A stretch of 64,000 nt of DNA from an uncultured Verrucomicrobiota bacterium (GTDB taxonomy: Bacteria > Verrucomicrobiota > Verrucomicrobiia > Limisphaerales > J093), in assembly GCA_964568145.1 (NCBI GenBank), contig CAZMOZ010000016.1, forward strand, positions 9,766 through 73,765, read 5' to 3'. Under the pieces are notes generated by a model. It had not been told where the DNA came from, searched no databases, and was given only the letters and a program-made list of their open reading frames with translations. Each line of letters starts with the position of its first letter. Within the stretch, counting starts at the first letter, position 1. The position numbers and the translations under genes are program-made. Of the stretch, positions 38,832-46,130 are shown one piece after another.

Positions 38832-39110
38832 GTGTCCATGGACAATAACGCAGCATCCCCGGTGATCGCGGTGCGCTGCTGGATCGAAGGCCGGCGCGTC
38901 TGGCTCGAGCTGGGCGACCAGCGATTGGTCAGCTTTCCCGCCGCAAAGTATCCGCGGCTGGCCAATGCCAGCGAGGAAGCGCTGGCCCAGGTGCGGCTCC
39001 GTGTCGGCGGCCGGGCCCTGCGGTGGGAGAACCTCGATGAGGACATCTGGGTGGAAGACGCGGTGCTGGGCCGTTTTCCCCGGTCCAAGACCGAGACGAT
39101 CTCCGCGTAG
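38832..39110 (+). CDS. DUF2442 domain protein
   Basis: VIAVRCWIEGRRVWLELGDQRLVSFPAAKYPRLANASEEALAQVRL..GGRALRWENLDEDIWVE fits DUF2442. Starts 5 nt after the DUF4160 stop. Confidence 0.7.
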   Translation: MSMDNNAASPVIAVRCWIEGRRVWLELGDQRLVSFPAAKYPRLANASEEALAQVRLRVGGRALRWENLDEDIWVEDAVLGRFPRSKTETISA

Positions 39111-39133
39111 CCCGGTTCCAGCCGCATGATGCC

Positions 39134-40204
39134 TCACTTCATCTGCGCCAGGATCTGGTCGGTGACCGCCTGCACCACCGCCTCGGCCTCGGCATCCGGG
39201 CCCGCCGTCGTCTCCGCCCGAGCCGGCACCTGACAGGTCACGCCGGGGCGCCATTCGTCGTTGTCGCAAAGCTCGCATTCCTTGAGCCCGTAACGCGGGT
39301 CCACGTAGCCGAGGCTTTGCTTGATCTTGAGCAGGTCCTGGAGCTGCTGGGGTGAGAAGGTGTTCGGCTTCACCCCGAGTTGCGTGGTGACGAGCAGCGT
39401 GCGGCAGTACGCCTCGATGATCTCCATCCGCCAGTAGGCCTCCTCGAGGTTCTTGTGGCTCCAGGTCACGACGCCGTGGTTGGCCATGAGGATGGTGTTG
39501 TGCTGGTCCACCAAGTCGGCGACCAGCCTGCCCATCTCCGGGGTTCCCGGCGTGCGGTACGGCGCGACCGCGACGGCGCAGAAGACCTCGTACTCGGGCA
39601 ACATGCACGTGGGCGGCGCGACACCCGCCACGGCGAAGCCCGTGGCGTACGGCGGATGGCAATGGCACGTGGCCACGGCCTGGGGCTGCCGTTGCATGAT
39701 CTGCAGGTGCATCAGGATTTCGCTGGTGCGTTTTCTCGCGCCCAGAAGCTGGTTGCCCTCGAAATCCACCAGGCACATGTCCTCGGGCTTGAGCGAGCCC
39801 TTGCTGACCAGTGTGGGCGTGCAGATGGCGATGTCCTCGCCGACGCGGATGGCCATGTTGCCGCCGTTGCCGTCCACGTACTCGCGCAGCCACAAGCGCC
39901 GGCCCATCTCGCAAATCTGCTGCTTGAGATCAAGCGCGTAGGCGGAGTTGAAGAACGCCTCGAGCTCGGCCTTCGGCGACCTGGAGTTCAGCGGCCGGGC
40001 GGGCGGACGCAATTCGTCCTGGGCGGCCGGTTTGCTCGGCGCGCCGTTCGCGGCAACAGCCGGCCTGCCGCCGCCCCGCTCCAGCGTGTCCCGCACGAGG
40101 TCGCGGGCGGACGGCGTCAAAATCGCCTCGGCCGGCAGGGTGTTCAGGTCCACGCCCCGGCGGAGCATGTCTTCGATGTCGCGGGCGCTGATGACTTTTT
40201 TCAT
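39134..40204 (-). CDS. Class II aldolase (fuculose/rhamnulose-1-phosphate aldolase-like) with N-terminal extension; BMC-associated
   Basis: Core GNGGNMAIRV...CTPTLVSKG...SEILMHLQIM...ATCHCHPPYATGF...MANHGVVTW with metal-binding His residues. About 110 extra N-terminal residues and a C-terminal amphipathic helix AVVQAVTDQILAQMK. Start set to Met at 40204. Confidence 0.85.
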   Translation of the reverse strand: MKKVISARDIEDMLRRGVDLNTLPAEAILTPSARDLVRDTLERGGGRPAVAANGAPSKPAAQDELRPPARPLNSRSPKAELEAFFNSAYALDLKQQICEMGRRLWLREYVDGNGGNMAIRVGEDIAICTPTLVSKGSLKPEDMCLVDFEGNQLLGARKRTSEILMHLQIMQRQPQAVATCHCHPPYATGFAVAGVAPPTCMLPEYEVFCAVAVAPYRTPGTPEMGRLVADLVDQHNTILMANHGVVTWSHKNLEEAYWRMEIIEAYCRTLLVTTQLGVKPNTFSPQQLQDLLKIKQSLGYVDPRYGLKECELCDNDEWRPGVTCQVPARAETTAGPDAEAEAVVQAVTDQILAQMK

Positions 40205-40246
40205 GGGAAGGGGTGAGAAAAGGGCTCCAAGTGGCGAAGGTTGCAC

Positions 40247-40305
40247 CCAAAAACCGAAGTTGAGCCGGATGGGAATCCGGCGCTGCGGGCAACTTCGGTT
40301 TTCGG
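40247..40305. repeat. REP-like hairpin, subfamily b (reverse orientation)
   Basis: CCAAAAACCGAAGTTG-agCCGGATgggaATCCGGcgctgcggg-CAACTTCGGTTTTCGG, 43 nt upstream of the aldolase start codon. Confidence 0.8.
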
Positions 40306-40439
40306 GCGAGAGCCGGCTTGCGGCATTCCGCTGAATCCCGCCGGGTTGCTCCACGAAAGCTTGGAAATCCTCCGTGGCGCGTCACCGCGCGTATCGTGAT
40401 CGCGCGGTGCGAAAATGGAGTCCGGGAACCTCACCCGGC

Positions 40440-40682
40440 TCAAGCGGCCGAAGCTGTCGGCTGAAGTAGCTCGACCCGGACGATGTGCAGGGGCGAGCCG
40501 TGAACGATCTTCTCGGGCAAGCCGGTGGCGGCATCGGGAGCGAGCGCAATCTCGACTGTATGCTTCGTGATCATCAGAAAATCCCGGTGGGGAATGTCGA
40601 AACTCCTCCCGTCGGTGAACACGATCCGAAACGGCACGAAGGGCTGTTGATCGCGCAAGGCTTTCAGGTCTTCCGGTCGCAT
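40440..40682 (-). CDS. Small hypothetical protein (80 aa), orphan inside the BMC locus
   Basis: MRPEDLKALRDQQPFVPFRIVFTDGRSFDIPHRDFLMITKHTVEIALAPD... has ordinary composition, is co-directional with the operon and is bounded by 135-235 bp of non-coding DNA. No family recognised. Confidence 0.45.
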   Translation of the reverse strand: MRPEDLKALRDQQPFVPFRIVFTDGRSFDIPHRDFLMITKHTVEIALAPDAATGLPEKIVHGSPLHIVRVELLQPTASAA

Positions 40683-40820
40683 AACACAACGCGAGTTTAG
40701 GATCGCCGGCGTGACCTGGCAACAGCGTGGCGCGGCGCGGCCAGGTGCCGTCGGTTCCGCCTGGCGTCCTGTCCGGAGCCTTGCGGCCAGCCCGGCTTGC
40801 TGAATGTCGCCAGTACGCGC

Positions 40821-41123
40821 TCATGCGAAAGGGCTGTAAAACACCTCGTCAATGAGCGCGGTGTTGATGGCGTCCACCGGCGTGGGCTGGGGAAACGGCT
40901 GGGCGGCCTCGCGGCCTTCGATGTAGCCGATTACGTCGCCCACGCCCCCGCCCAGATTGTCATAAACCACGAGGCTGGGATCCTTGCTGAGCGTGATGGG
41001 CGACGCGCCGGCCTTCGGGAAATGCTCGCGGGTGAACGGGCTCACCAGCAGCCAGCGCCCGCCCGTGAACGGCGGGATGGTGCGGTTCAGCGTCACGCGG
41101 CCGATGACGGTGCCGAGTTTCAT
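40821..41123 (-). CDS. BMC vertex protein (BMC-P; EutN/CcmL family)
   Basis: MKLGTVIGRVTLNRTIPPFTGGRWLLVSP...LVVYDNLGGGVGDVIGYIEGREA. ATGA overlap with the upstream BMC-P gene. Confidence 0.85.
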   Translation of the reverse strand: MKLGTVIGRVTLNRTIPPFTGGRWLLVSPFTREHFPKAGASPITLSKDPSLVVYDNLGGGVGDVIGYIEGREAAQPFPQPTPVDAINTALIDEVFYSPFA

Positions 41124-41458
41124 GACGAGGGGCGGGGAGCGGGCGGCGGGGGGCGGTTCAGCCCGCCCGCCGAATCCTGGAGTGCGGTTGTCCCCGGTGT
41201 GACTTCGTCCACGATGCCGATGATCATCCAGCGCGCGGGGCTCTGGTCGTCGCCCACCGCCCGGCGGGCGGCCAGGCCGTCGCTGGAGAGGATGACCCGC
41301 TGGTGCAGGCCGGCGCCGAGGGCGTCGAGGGCGACGAGCGGTGCGGCTTCCGGCTGGCCGTCGCGGCCGATCGGCTGGCAGATGATCAGCCGCCAGCCGG
41401 CGAAGCTGGGGTGCTTGCGGGTGGCCGTGACATTGCCTTCGACGCGGGCGAGCAACAT
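41120..41458 (-). CDS. BMC vertex protein (BMC-P; EutN/CcmL family)
   Basis: MLLARVEGNVTATRKHPSFAGWRLIICQP...VALDALGAGLHQRVILSSDG...MIIGIVDEV. Confidence 0.88.
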   Translation of the reverse strand: MLLARVEGNVTATRKHPSFAGWRLIICQPIGRDGQPEAAPLVALDALGAGLHQRVILSSDGLAARRAVGDDQSPARWMIIGIVDEVTPGTTALQDSAGGLNRPPPPAPRPSS

Positions 41459-41460
41459 GG

Positions 41461-41492
41461 AACTTAGAAGTCAGGAGTTGGAAGCTAGAATG
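41461..41492. repeat. Left arm of the inverted repeat bracketing the four-helix-bundle ORF
   Basis: AACTTAGAAGTCAGGAGTTG-GAAGCTAGAATG. The last 12 nt (41481-41492) are the exact reverse complement of 41834-41845. Confidence 0.8.
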
Positions 41493-41836
41493 CGCGCGGA
41501 GTAACCGTGGAGGAGGCGGCCGACCTCATCGTACAAAGTCAACAACTCGCTGCTGTCGCCGTAACCGAGATCTTTCGCGAGTAGAAGGTAATAATGGCTC
41601 TCCTCCAAGGAACCTTGGGCAATGTTAAAGAACCGGGCCTTGTCGTTGGCACCACGCTTAGGAAATCCCTCGGCAATGTTTGCCGCGATGGACACGGCCG
41701 CACGGCGCAGTTGTGACGTCAGTCCAAAGCGTTCTTCCGATGAAAATCCCTGAGTGAAACGATACACCGCCAGCACAAATTGGTGCGCTTTCCGCCAAAC
41801 TACCAGATCCTGAAAGCTGCGTGCCGGTGTGCTCAT
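41471..41836 (-). CDS. Four-helix-bundle protein (23S rRNA intervening-sequence protein / Avd-like family)
   Basis: FQDLVVWRKAHQFVLAVYRFTQGF..EERFGLTSQLRRAAVSIAANIAEGF.KR...DKARFFNIAQGSLEESHYYLLLAKDLGY is the canonical family signature. Confidence 0.88.
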   Translation of the reverse strand: MSTPARSFQDLVVWRKAHQFVLAVYRFTQGFSSEERFGLTSQLRRAAVSIAANIAEGFPKRGANDKARFFNIAQGSLEESHYYLLLAKDLGYGDSSELLTLYDEVGRLLHGYSARILASNS

Positions 41837-41870
41837 TCTAGCTTCTCACTTCTAACTCCTCGCTCCTCAG
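41834..41870. repeat. Right arm of the inverted repeat bracketing the four-helix-bundle ORF
   Basis: CATTCTAGCTTC-TCACTTCTAACTCCTCGCTCCTCAG. The first three bases are the complement of the ORF start codon. Confidence 0.8.
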
Positions 41871-43357
41871 AAGATCCGCAGATTGTCCACCATCACGCAC
41901 CGCCGCACGCGCGTGAAGGTGCGCGGATTGCAGATGCCTTCGCCGGTGGTGGTGGCGATGGAGAAGTTCGGGTAGCCCTCGCCGCCGCTCCCTAGGCCCG
42001 CCAGGCACGAGCCGTTTTTGATGAACAGCGTCGTCTCCAGCGCCTTCGCCATGGCCGTCATGTGCGCGACGTTGTGCGAGTGGATCATCGCCGAGTGCCG
42101 GTAGCCGTGCTCGGCTTTCTTCGCCAGCGCGATGCCTTCCTCCACCGTCTTCACCCTCACGACCGGCAGGAACGGCATCATCTGCTCCTCCTCGACGAAG
42201 AGATGGTCTGCGGCGGTTTCGGCGAACAGGAGCTGGGTGCCGGCCGGGACGCTGGCGCCAGCCGCGGCAGCCAGCACGGCCGGGTCTTTGCCAATCAACT
42301 CGCGGTTGACCACCGGATGCGGGCAGCCGCCGCCCTGGCCGGGCGGGAACACGAAGGCGGCCTTCGCCAGCCGCTCGACCTGGGCGTCGCCCAGCCGCAC
42401 GGCGCCATGTTTCTCGAGCGCGCTCACGAACGGCTGGAACACCTCCTCGAGCACGAACACCTCCTTCTCGCCGATGCACAGCAGGTTGTTGTCGTAGGCC
42501 GCGCCGAAGACGACGTTGCGCGCCGCGCGGTCCAGGTCGGCGGTGTCGTCCACCAGCACGGGCGGGTTGCCGGGGCCGGCGCAGATGGCGCGCTTGCCGG
42601 TCTGCATGGCGGCCTTGACCACGCCCGGGCCGCCGGTCACGCAGAGCAGGCGGACGAATTCGCTCTGGGCGATCGCGTTGAAGGATTCGAGCGTGGGCTG
42701 CTCGATGACGCAGGCGAGGTTCTCGATGCCGAGTTCGGCGTGGATGGCCTCGTTGATGACGCGCAGGGCGGTGACGGCGCACTTCGCCGCGCCGGGATGC
42801 ACGTTGAAGACCACGGCGTTGCCGGCGGCGGCCATGCTGATGATGTTGCACGCCGCGGTGGGAATCGAGTGCGTGCTGGGCGTGACCGCGCCGATCACGC
42901 CCACCGGCGCGTACTCCTCGAGCGTGATGCCGTGGTCGCCGCTCAGGCCGTACGGCTGGAGAAACTCGACGCCGGGAATCGCCCGCTGGCCCTTGAGCTT
43001 TTCGATCTTGTGGTCGAGCCGGCCGATCTTGGTTTCCTCCAGCTCGATGCGCGCCCACGGCACGGCGTTGAAGTCGCACAGGCGCTTCACGATCTCGACC
43101 ACCTTCGCGCGGCCCGCGACGCCTTGCCCGGATAACTGGAGGTATGCTTCGTGCGCGGCGGCGCAGGCCGCCTGGGCATCCTGAAAGACGCCGAACGTGC
43201 CGCGACGCGCGGCGCTGGAGGGCTTGGCCGGGGTCGGGCAGTTGCAGGCCGGGCGGGCGTCTGGCGCCGCCGGCCTGGCGGGTGCCGGCGCGCCGCCGAG
43301 GCGGCCCAGCACTTCGCTGACGATGTCACGGATCAAGGCTTCATTGACGGTGCTCAT
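41867..43357 (-). CDS. CoA-acylating aldehyde dehydrogenase (PduP/EutE family) with N-terminal encapsulation-peptide-like helix
   Basis: AICAGPGNPPVLVDDTADL and NNLLCIGEKEVFV (catalytic Cys). N-terminus MSTVNEALIRDIVSEVLGRLGG followed by a Pro/Ala linker. Confidence 0.9.
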   Translation of the reverse strand: MSTVNEALIRDIVSEVLGRLGGAPAPARPAAPDARPACNCPTPAKPSSAARRGTFGVFQDAQAACAAAHEAYLQLSGQGVAGRAKVVEIVKRLCDFNAVPWARIELEETKIGRLDHKIEKLKGQRAIPGVEFLQPYGLSGDHGITLEEYAPVGVIGAVTPSTHSIPTAACNIISMAAAGNAVVFNVHPGAAKCAVTALRVINEAIHAELGIENLACVIEQPTLESFNAIAQSEFVRLLCVTGGPGVVKAAMQTGKRAICAGPGNPPVLVDDTADLDRAARNVVFGAAYDNNLLCIGEKEVFVLEEVFQPFVSALEKHGAVRLGDAQVERLAKAAFVFPPGQGGGCPHPVVNRELIGKDPAVLAAAAGASVPAGTQLLFAETAADHLFVEEEQMMPFLPVVRVKTVEEGIALAKKAEHGYRHSAMIHSHNVAHMTAMAKALETTLFIKNGSCLAGLGSGGEGYPNFSIATTTGEGICNPRTFTRVRRCVMVDNLRIF

Positions 43358-43430
43358 GGCAGGAACGGAAAAATCGGAATCACAGGCTCGCCACGCGAGC
43401 GGTTGGGAAGCGGTTCACCTCATGGCCGGA

Positions 43431-43748
43431 TCAGGCTTGGGTCCTGGCGCTGTAGATCACCCGGCCCAGCACGTCCACGGTGTCCACGATACCGATGATG
43501 ACGGCATCCACGGGCGCCTCCTTGAGGCCGGGCGCGAGGCGGGCGCTGCTGCCCTGGCAGAACATCACCAGCTCCCCAAGCCCGGCGCCCACCGTGTCCA
43601 CGGCCACGATGGTGTTCACGCCGGGGCGGAACCGGGTGGGGTCCTTGTCGTCCACCAGCAGGGGCCGGAGCAAAAGCAGCTTGCGGCCGCTCATGGCCGC
43701 GTCCTTCTTGGTGGCGACCACCGCGCCTTCGACCTTGGCGAGGAACAT
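43431..43748 (-). CDS. BMC vertex protein (BMC-P; EutN/CcmL family)
   Basis: MFLAKVEGAVVATKKDAAMSGRKLLLLRPL...VAVDTVGAGLGELVMFCQGSSAR...VIIGIVDTVDV. Confidence 0.88.
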   Translation of the reverse strand: MFLAKVEGAVVATKKDAAMSGRKLLLLRPLLVDDKDPTRFRPGVNTIVAVDTVGAGLGELVMFCQGSSARLAPGLKEAPVDAVIIGIVDTVDVLGRVIYSARTQA

Positions 43749-43754
43749 GATGGG

Positions 43755-43838
43755 GGAGAATTCAGGAGCCAGGAGCTAGAAGCTGGAATGTCGCTCTGAC
43801 GGACACAGTCCTAACTCCTAACTCCTCACTTCCAGCTA
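43755..43838. repeat. Intergenic word-repeat hairpin (ORF-less relative of the 41461/41870 element)
   Basis: GGAGAATTCAGGAGCCAGGAGCTAGAAGCTGGAATG...TCCTAACTCCTAACTCCTCACTTCCAGCTAC. Core inverted repeat AGCTGGAA (43781-43788) / TTCCAGCT (43830-43837), which overlaps the BMC-H stop codon. Confidence 0.7.
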
Positions 43839-44117
43839 CTTCTTCTTCGGCAACACCGCGTCCACGTCCGGGTGCGGGCGCGGGATGACATGGACACTGA
43901 CCAGCTCGCCCTGAATGGCCTTCACGGCCTGGGCGCCGGCGTCCACGGCGGCTTTGACCGCCGCGACGTCGCCCACGACGACGGCCGTGACCAGGGCGTT
44001 GCCGACCTGGGTCATCGGGCCGGCGAGTTCAACGTTCGCGGCCTTGAGCATCGCGTCCGTGCCCTCGACGAGGGCGACCAGACCGCGGGTTTCGAGGAGT
44101 CCAATGGCTTGAGGCAT
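43836..44117 (-). CDS. BMC shell hexamer protein (BMC-H, Pfam BMC domain)
   Basis: MPQAIGLLETRGLVALVEGTDAMLKAANVEL...[20 protein letters not shown]...VHVIPRPH. Confidence 0.93.
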   Translation of the reverse strand: MPQAIGLLETRGLVALVEGTDAMLKAANVELAGPMTQVGNALVTAVVVGDVAAVKAAVDAGAQAVKAIQGELVSVHVIPRPHPDVDAVLPKKK

Positions 44118-44154
44118 AAGCGAGGTACGAGGTTTGATGTGCTGGGTTCGAGGT

Positions 44155-45345
44155 TTAAGTCGCGGATTTTTCCAGAAAACGTTTCACTTCGCGTGCCACC
44201 ACGAGTTCTTCGTTGGTGGGAATGACCATGACCTTCGCGGCGCAATTGGGCGGGCTGAGAACGGCTTCCTGCGCCCGGGCGGCGGTGTTTTTCACGGGGT
44301 CGAGGGCCAGGCCGAGCGGTTCGAGGTCGGCGCAAACGGCGGCGCGGATTTCGGGGCGGTTTTCGCCAATGCCGGCGGTGAAGACCAGGGCATCCAAGCC
44401 GCCCAGTTCGACCAGGTAGGCACCCAGCCAGCGGCGGATTTCGTGGACGAAAAAGTCCAGGGTGGCGCGGGCGCGGGGATGGCCCTGGTCGGCGGCGGCC
44501 TGGATGTCGCGGAGGTCGTTGGAGACGCCACTGACGCCCTTGAGGCCGGCTTCGCGGCAGAGCTGGCGTTCGACTTCCGCCAGGCTCAGGCCCAGGGTGC
44601 ACATGACCCAGGGCACGGCCATGGCGTCGAGGTCACCCACGCGGTTGTTGTGGGGCAGGCCGGATTGCGGGCTTAAACCGAGGCTGTTGCCGATGGCCAC
44701 GCCGTTGCGGATGCCGGCCAAGCTGGAGCTGCCGCCGAGGTGGCAGGAGATGACCCGCAGCGCGGGTTCGCGCACCGGCGTGGCGCCGCTGTTTACGTAC
44801 AAGTCGCGCACGCGCGCAGCCACGTCGGGCCGGCCCAAGAGTTCGGCGGAGCGCTCGGCGATGTACTTGTGGCTCGCGCCGTGGAAGCCCCAGCGGCGCA
44901 CGCCGGCTTCATGCCACGCCGCCGGCACGCCATAGCGCGTCGCGGCGTCCGGCATCCACTGGTAGAACGCAGTCTCGAACAGCCCGACCAGCGGCACCGA
45001 GGGCAGGCGCCGGGCGAAAAGGCGGATGCCGGCGATGTAAGGCGGGTTGTGAGCCGGCGCGATGGCGTTGTAGGCCTCCATCGCCTGCACGACCGGCTCG
45101 TCCAGCCGCACGCAACCGGTGAGGCCGCGGGCCAGGACGGTCTTGAAGCCCACGGCCGCGAGATCCCGGCCGCTGGCGATGTGACCGGCCTGCTGAAGCT
45201 GGCCCAGGCAATCTTCGATCGCCTGCGAATGATCGCTCACCCGCTCGAAGCCGCCCCTGTGCAGCAGGCGCTCGCCGTCGCCGGCAAAATCGAACAGCCG
45301 CCACTTCAGTGACGTGCTGCCGAGATTGGCGACGAGGATTTTCAC
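44155..45345 (-). CDS. ackA: Acetate (acyl) kinase
   Basis: (GTG)KILVANLGSTSLKWRLFDF...FHGASHKY...CHLGGSSS...VFTAGIGEN. Confidence 0.92.
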   Translation of the reverse strand: MKILVANLGSTSLKWRLFDFAGDGERLLHRGGFERVSDHSQAIEDCLGQLQQAGHIASGRDLAAVGFKTVLARGLTGCVRLDEPVVQAMEAYNAIAPAHNPPYIAGIRLFARRLPSVPLVGLFETAFYQWMPDAATRYGVPAAWHEAGVRRWGFHGASHKYIAERSAELLGRPDVAARVRDLYVNSGATPVREPALRVISCHLGGSSSLAGIRNGVAIGNSLGLSPQSGLPHNNRVGDLDAMAVPWVMCTLGLSLAEVERQLCREAGLKGVSGVSNDLRDIQAAADQGHPRARATLDFFVHEIRRWLGAYLVELGGLDALVFTAGIGENRPEIRAAVCADLEPLGLALDPVKNTAARAQEAVLSPPNCAAKVMVIPTNEELVVAREVKRFLEKSAT

Positions 45346-45348
45346 GGG

Positions 45349-45439
45349 AGAATCTGGAATTTAGGAGTTAGGAGCTGGAAGGTTGGGTGTCGCGTGTCTC
45401 GCTGGCTTCTAACTTCTAACTTCTAACTTCTGACTTCTT
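45349..45439. repeat. Intergenic word-repeat hairpin with a 7-nt tandem (TTCTAAC x3 plus TTCTGAC)
   Basis: GGAATTTAGGAGTTAGGAGCTGGAAGG...GGCTTCTAACTTCTAACTTCTAACTTCTGACTTC. ATTTAGGAGTTAG (45359-45371) can pair with CTAACTTCTAACT (45409-45421) in 11 of 13 positions. Confidence 0.7.
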
Positions 45440-45718
45440 TCACTGGAGCCACTTGCCCAGTCCGCTCAGGCCTTCGTGCGGCCGCGGGATGACCTGGACG
45501 CTGACGACCTGGCCCACCTGGGCGGCGGCCGCGGCGCCGGCGTCGGTGGCGGCCTTGACCGCCGCCACGTCGCCCCGGAAAAAGGAGGTGACATAGCCGC
45601 TGCCGATCTTCTCCCAGCCGACGAGGGTGACGTTGGCGGCCTTGAGCGCGGCATCGCTCGCCTCGAGCAGCGCGCACAGGCCCTTGGTTTCAATCATGCC
45701 GAGTGCTTGAGTTGCCAT
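45440..45718 (-). CDS. BMC shell hexamer protein (BMC-H)
   Basis: [61 protein letters not shown]...VIPRPH. Confidence 0.93.
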   Translation of the reverse strand: MATQALGMIETKGLCALLEASDAALKAANVTLVGWEKIGSGYVTSFFRGDVAAVKAATDAGAAAAAQVGQVVSVQVIPRPHEGLSGLGKWLQ

Positions 45719-45761
45719 AAATCGGGTCTCGGGTTTGGGTTTTCGCGTTTCGGGCGGGCGG

Positions 45762-46058
45762 TTACTTCGCGGGCTTGGGCGGTGCGTTCTCGCCGAGGAA
45801 CGACTTGAGCAGATCCTCGTGCGGCCGGGCGATGATGTGCGAACTGATGAGTTCGCCCACCTTGCCGGCGGCCTTGGCGCCGGCGTCCACGGCGGCTTTG
45901 ACGCTGCCGACGTCGCCTTTGCAGAGGACGGTGATCATGCCCCCGCCGATGGGGATGGTTTTGACGAGGCTGACGTTGGCGGCCTTGACCATTGCGTCGC
46001 TGGCTTCCACCGAGCCGACGTAGCCTTTGGTTTCGATCATTCCGAGTGCTTCGCTCAT
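45762..46058 (-). CDS. BMC shell hexamer protein (BMC-H)
   Basis: [60 protein letters not shown]...IIARPH. Confidence 0.93.
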   Translation of the reverse strand: MSEALGMIETKGYVGSVEASDAMVKAANVSLVKTIPIGGGMITVLCKGDVGSVKAAVDAGAKAAGKVGELISSHIIARPHEDLLKSFLGENAPPKPAK

Positions 46059-46061
46059 GAT

Positions 46062-46128
46062 TTTCAGGTGTTGGGAGTTGGAAGTTAGAATCTAGAATCC
46101 AGCCAGGAACCAGAAGTCAGCGGGCGTG
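46062..46128. repeat. Intergenic word repeat (direct, purine-rich on the plus strand)
   Basis: TTTTCAGGTGTTGGGAGTTGGAAGTTAGAATCTAGAATCCAGCCAGGAACCAGAAGTCAGC. Confidence 0.6.
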
Positions 46129-46130
46129 GT

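Noticed and set aside
38468-39127. 219-aa minus-strand ORF between the 440-aa gene and the aldolase
   Set aside because: It is antisense to the DUF4160/DUF2442 pair, whose plus-strand translations match known small-domain families. The minus-strand product is Arg/Ser/Ala-rich with no motif.
41471-41836. Diversity-generating retroelement suggested by the Avd-like four-helix-bundle gene
   Set aside because: No reverse transcriptase ORF and no template/variable repeat pair are visible within the window. The gene is a solitary insertion in an operon spacer.
45349-45439. Possible CRISPR array or mini-array (short periodic repeats in several spacers)
   Set aside because: The repeat units are only 5-8 nt, are contiguous or degenerate, and have no unique spacers of constant length. 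No cas genes are in the window.
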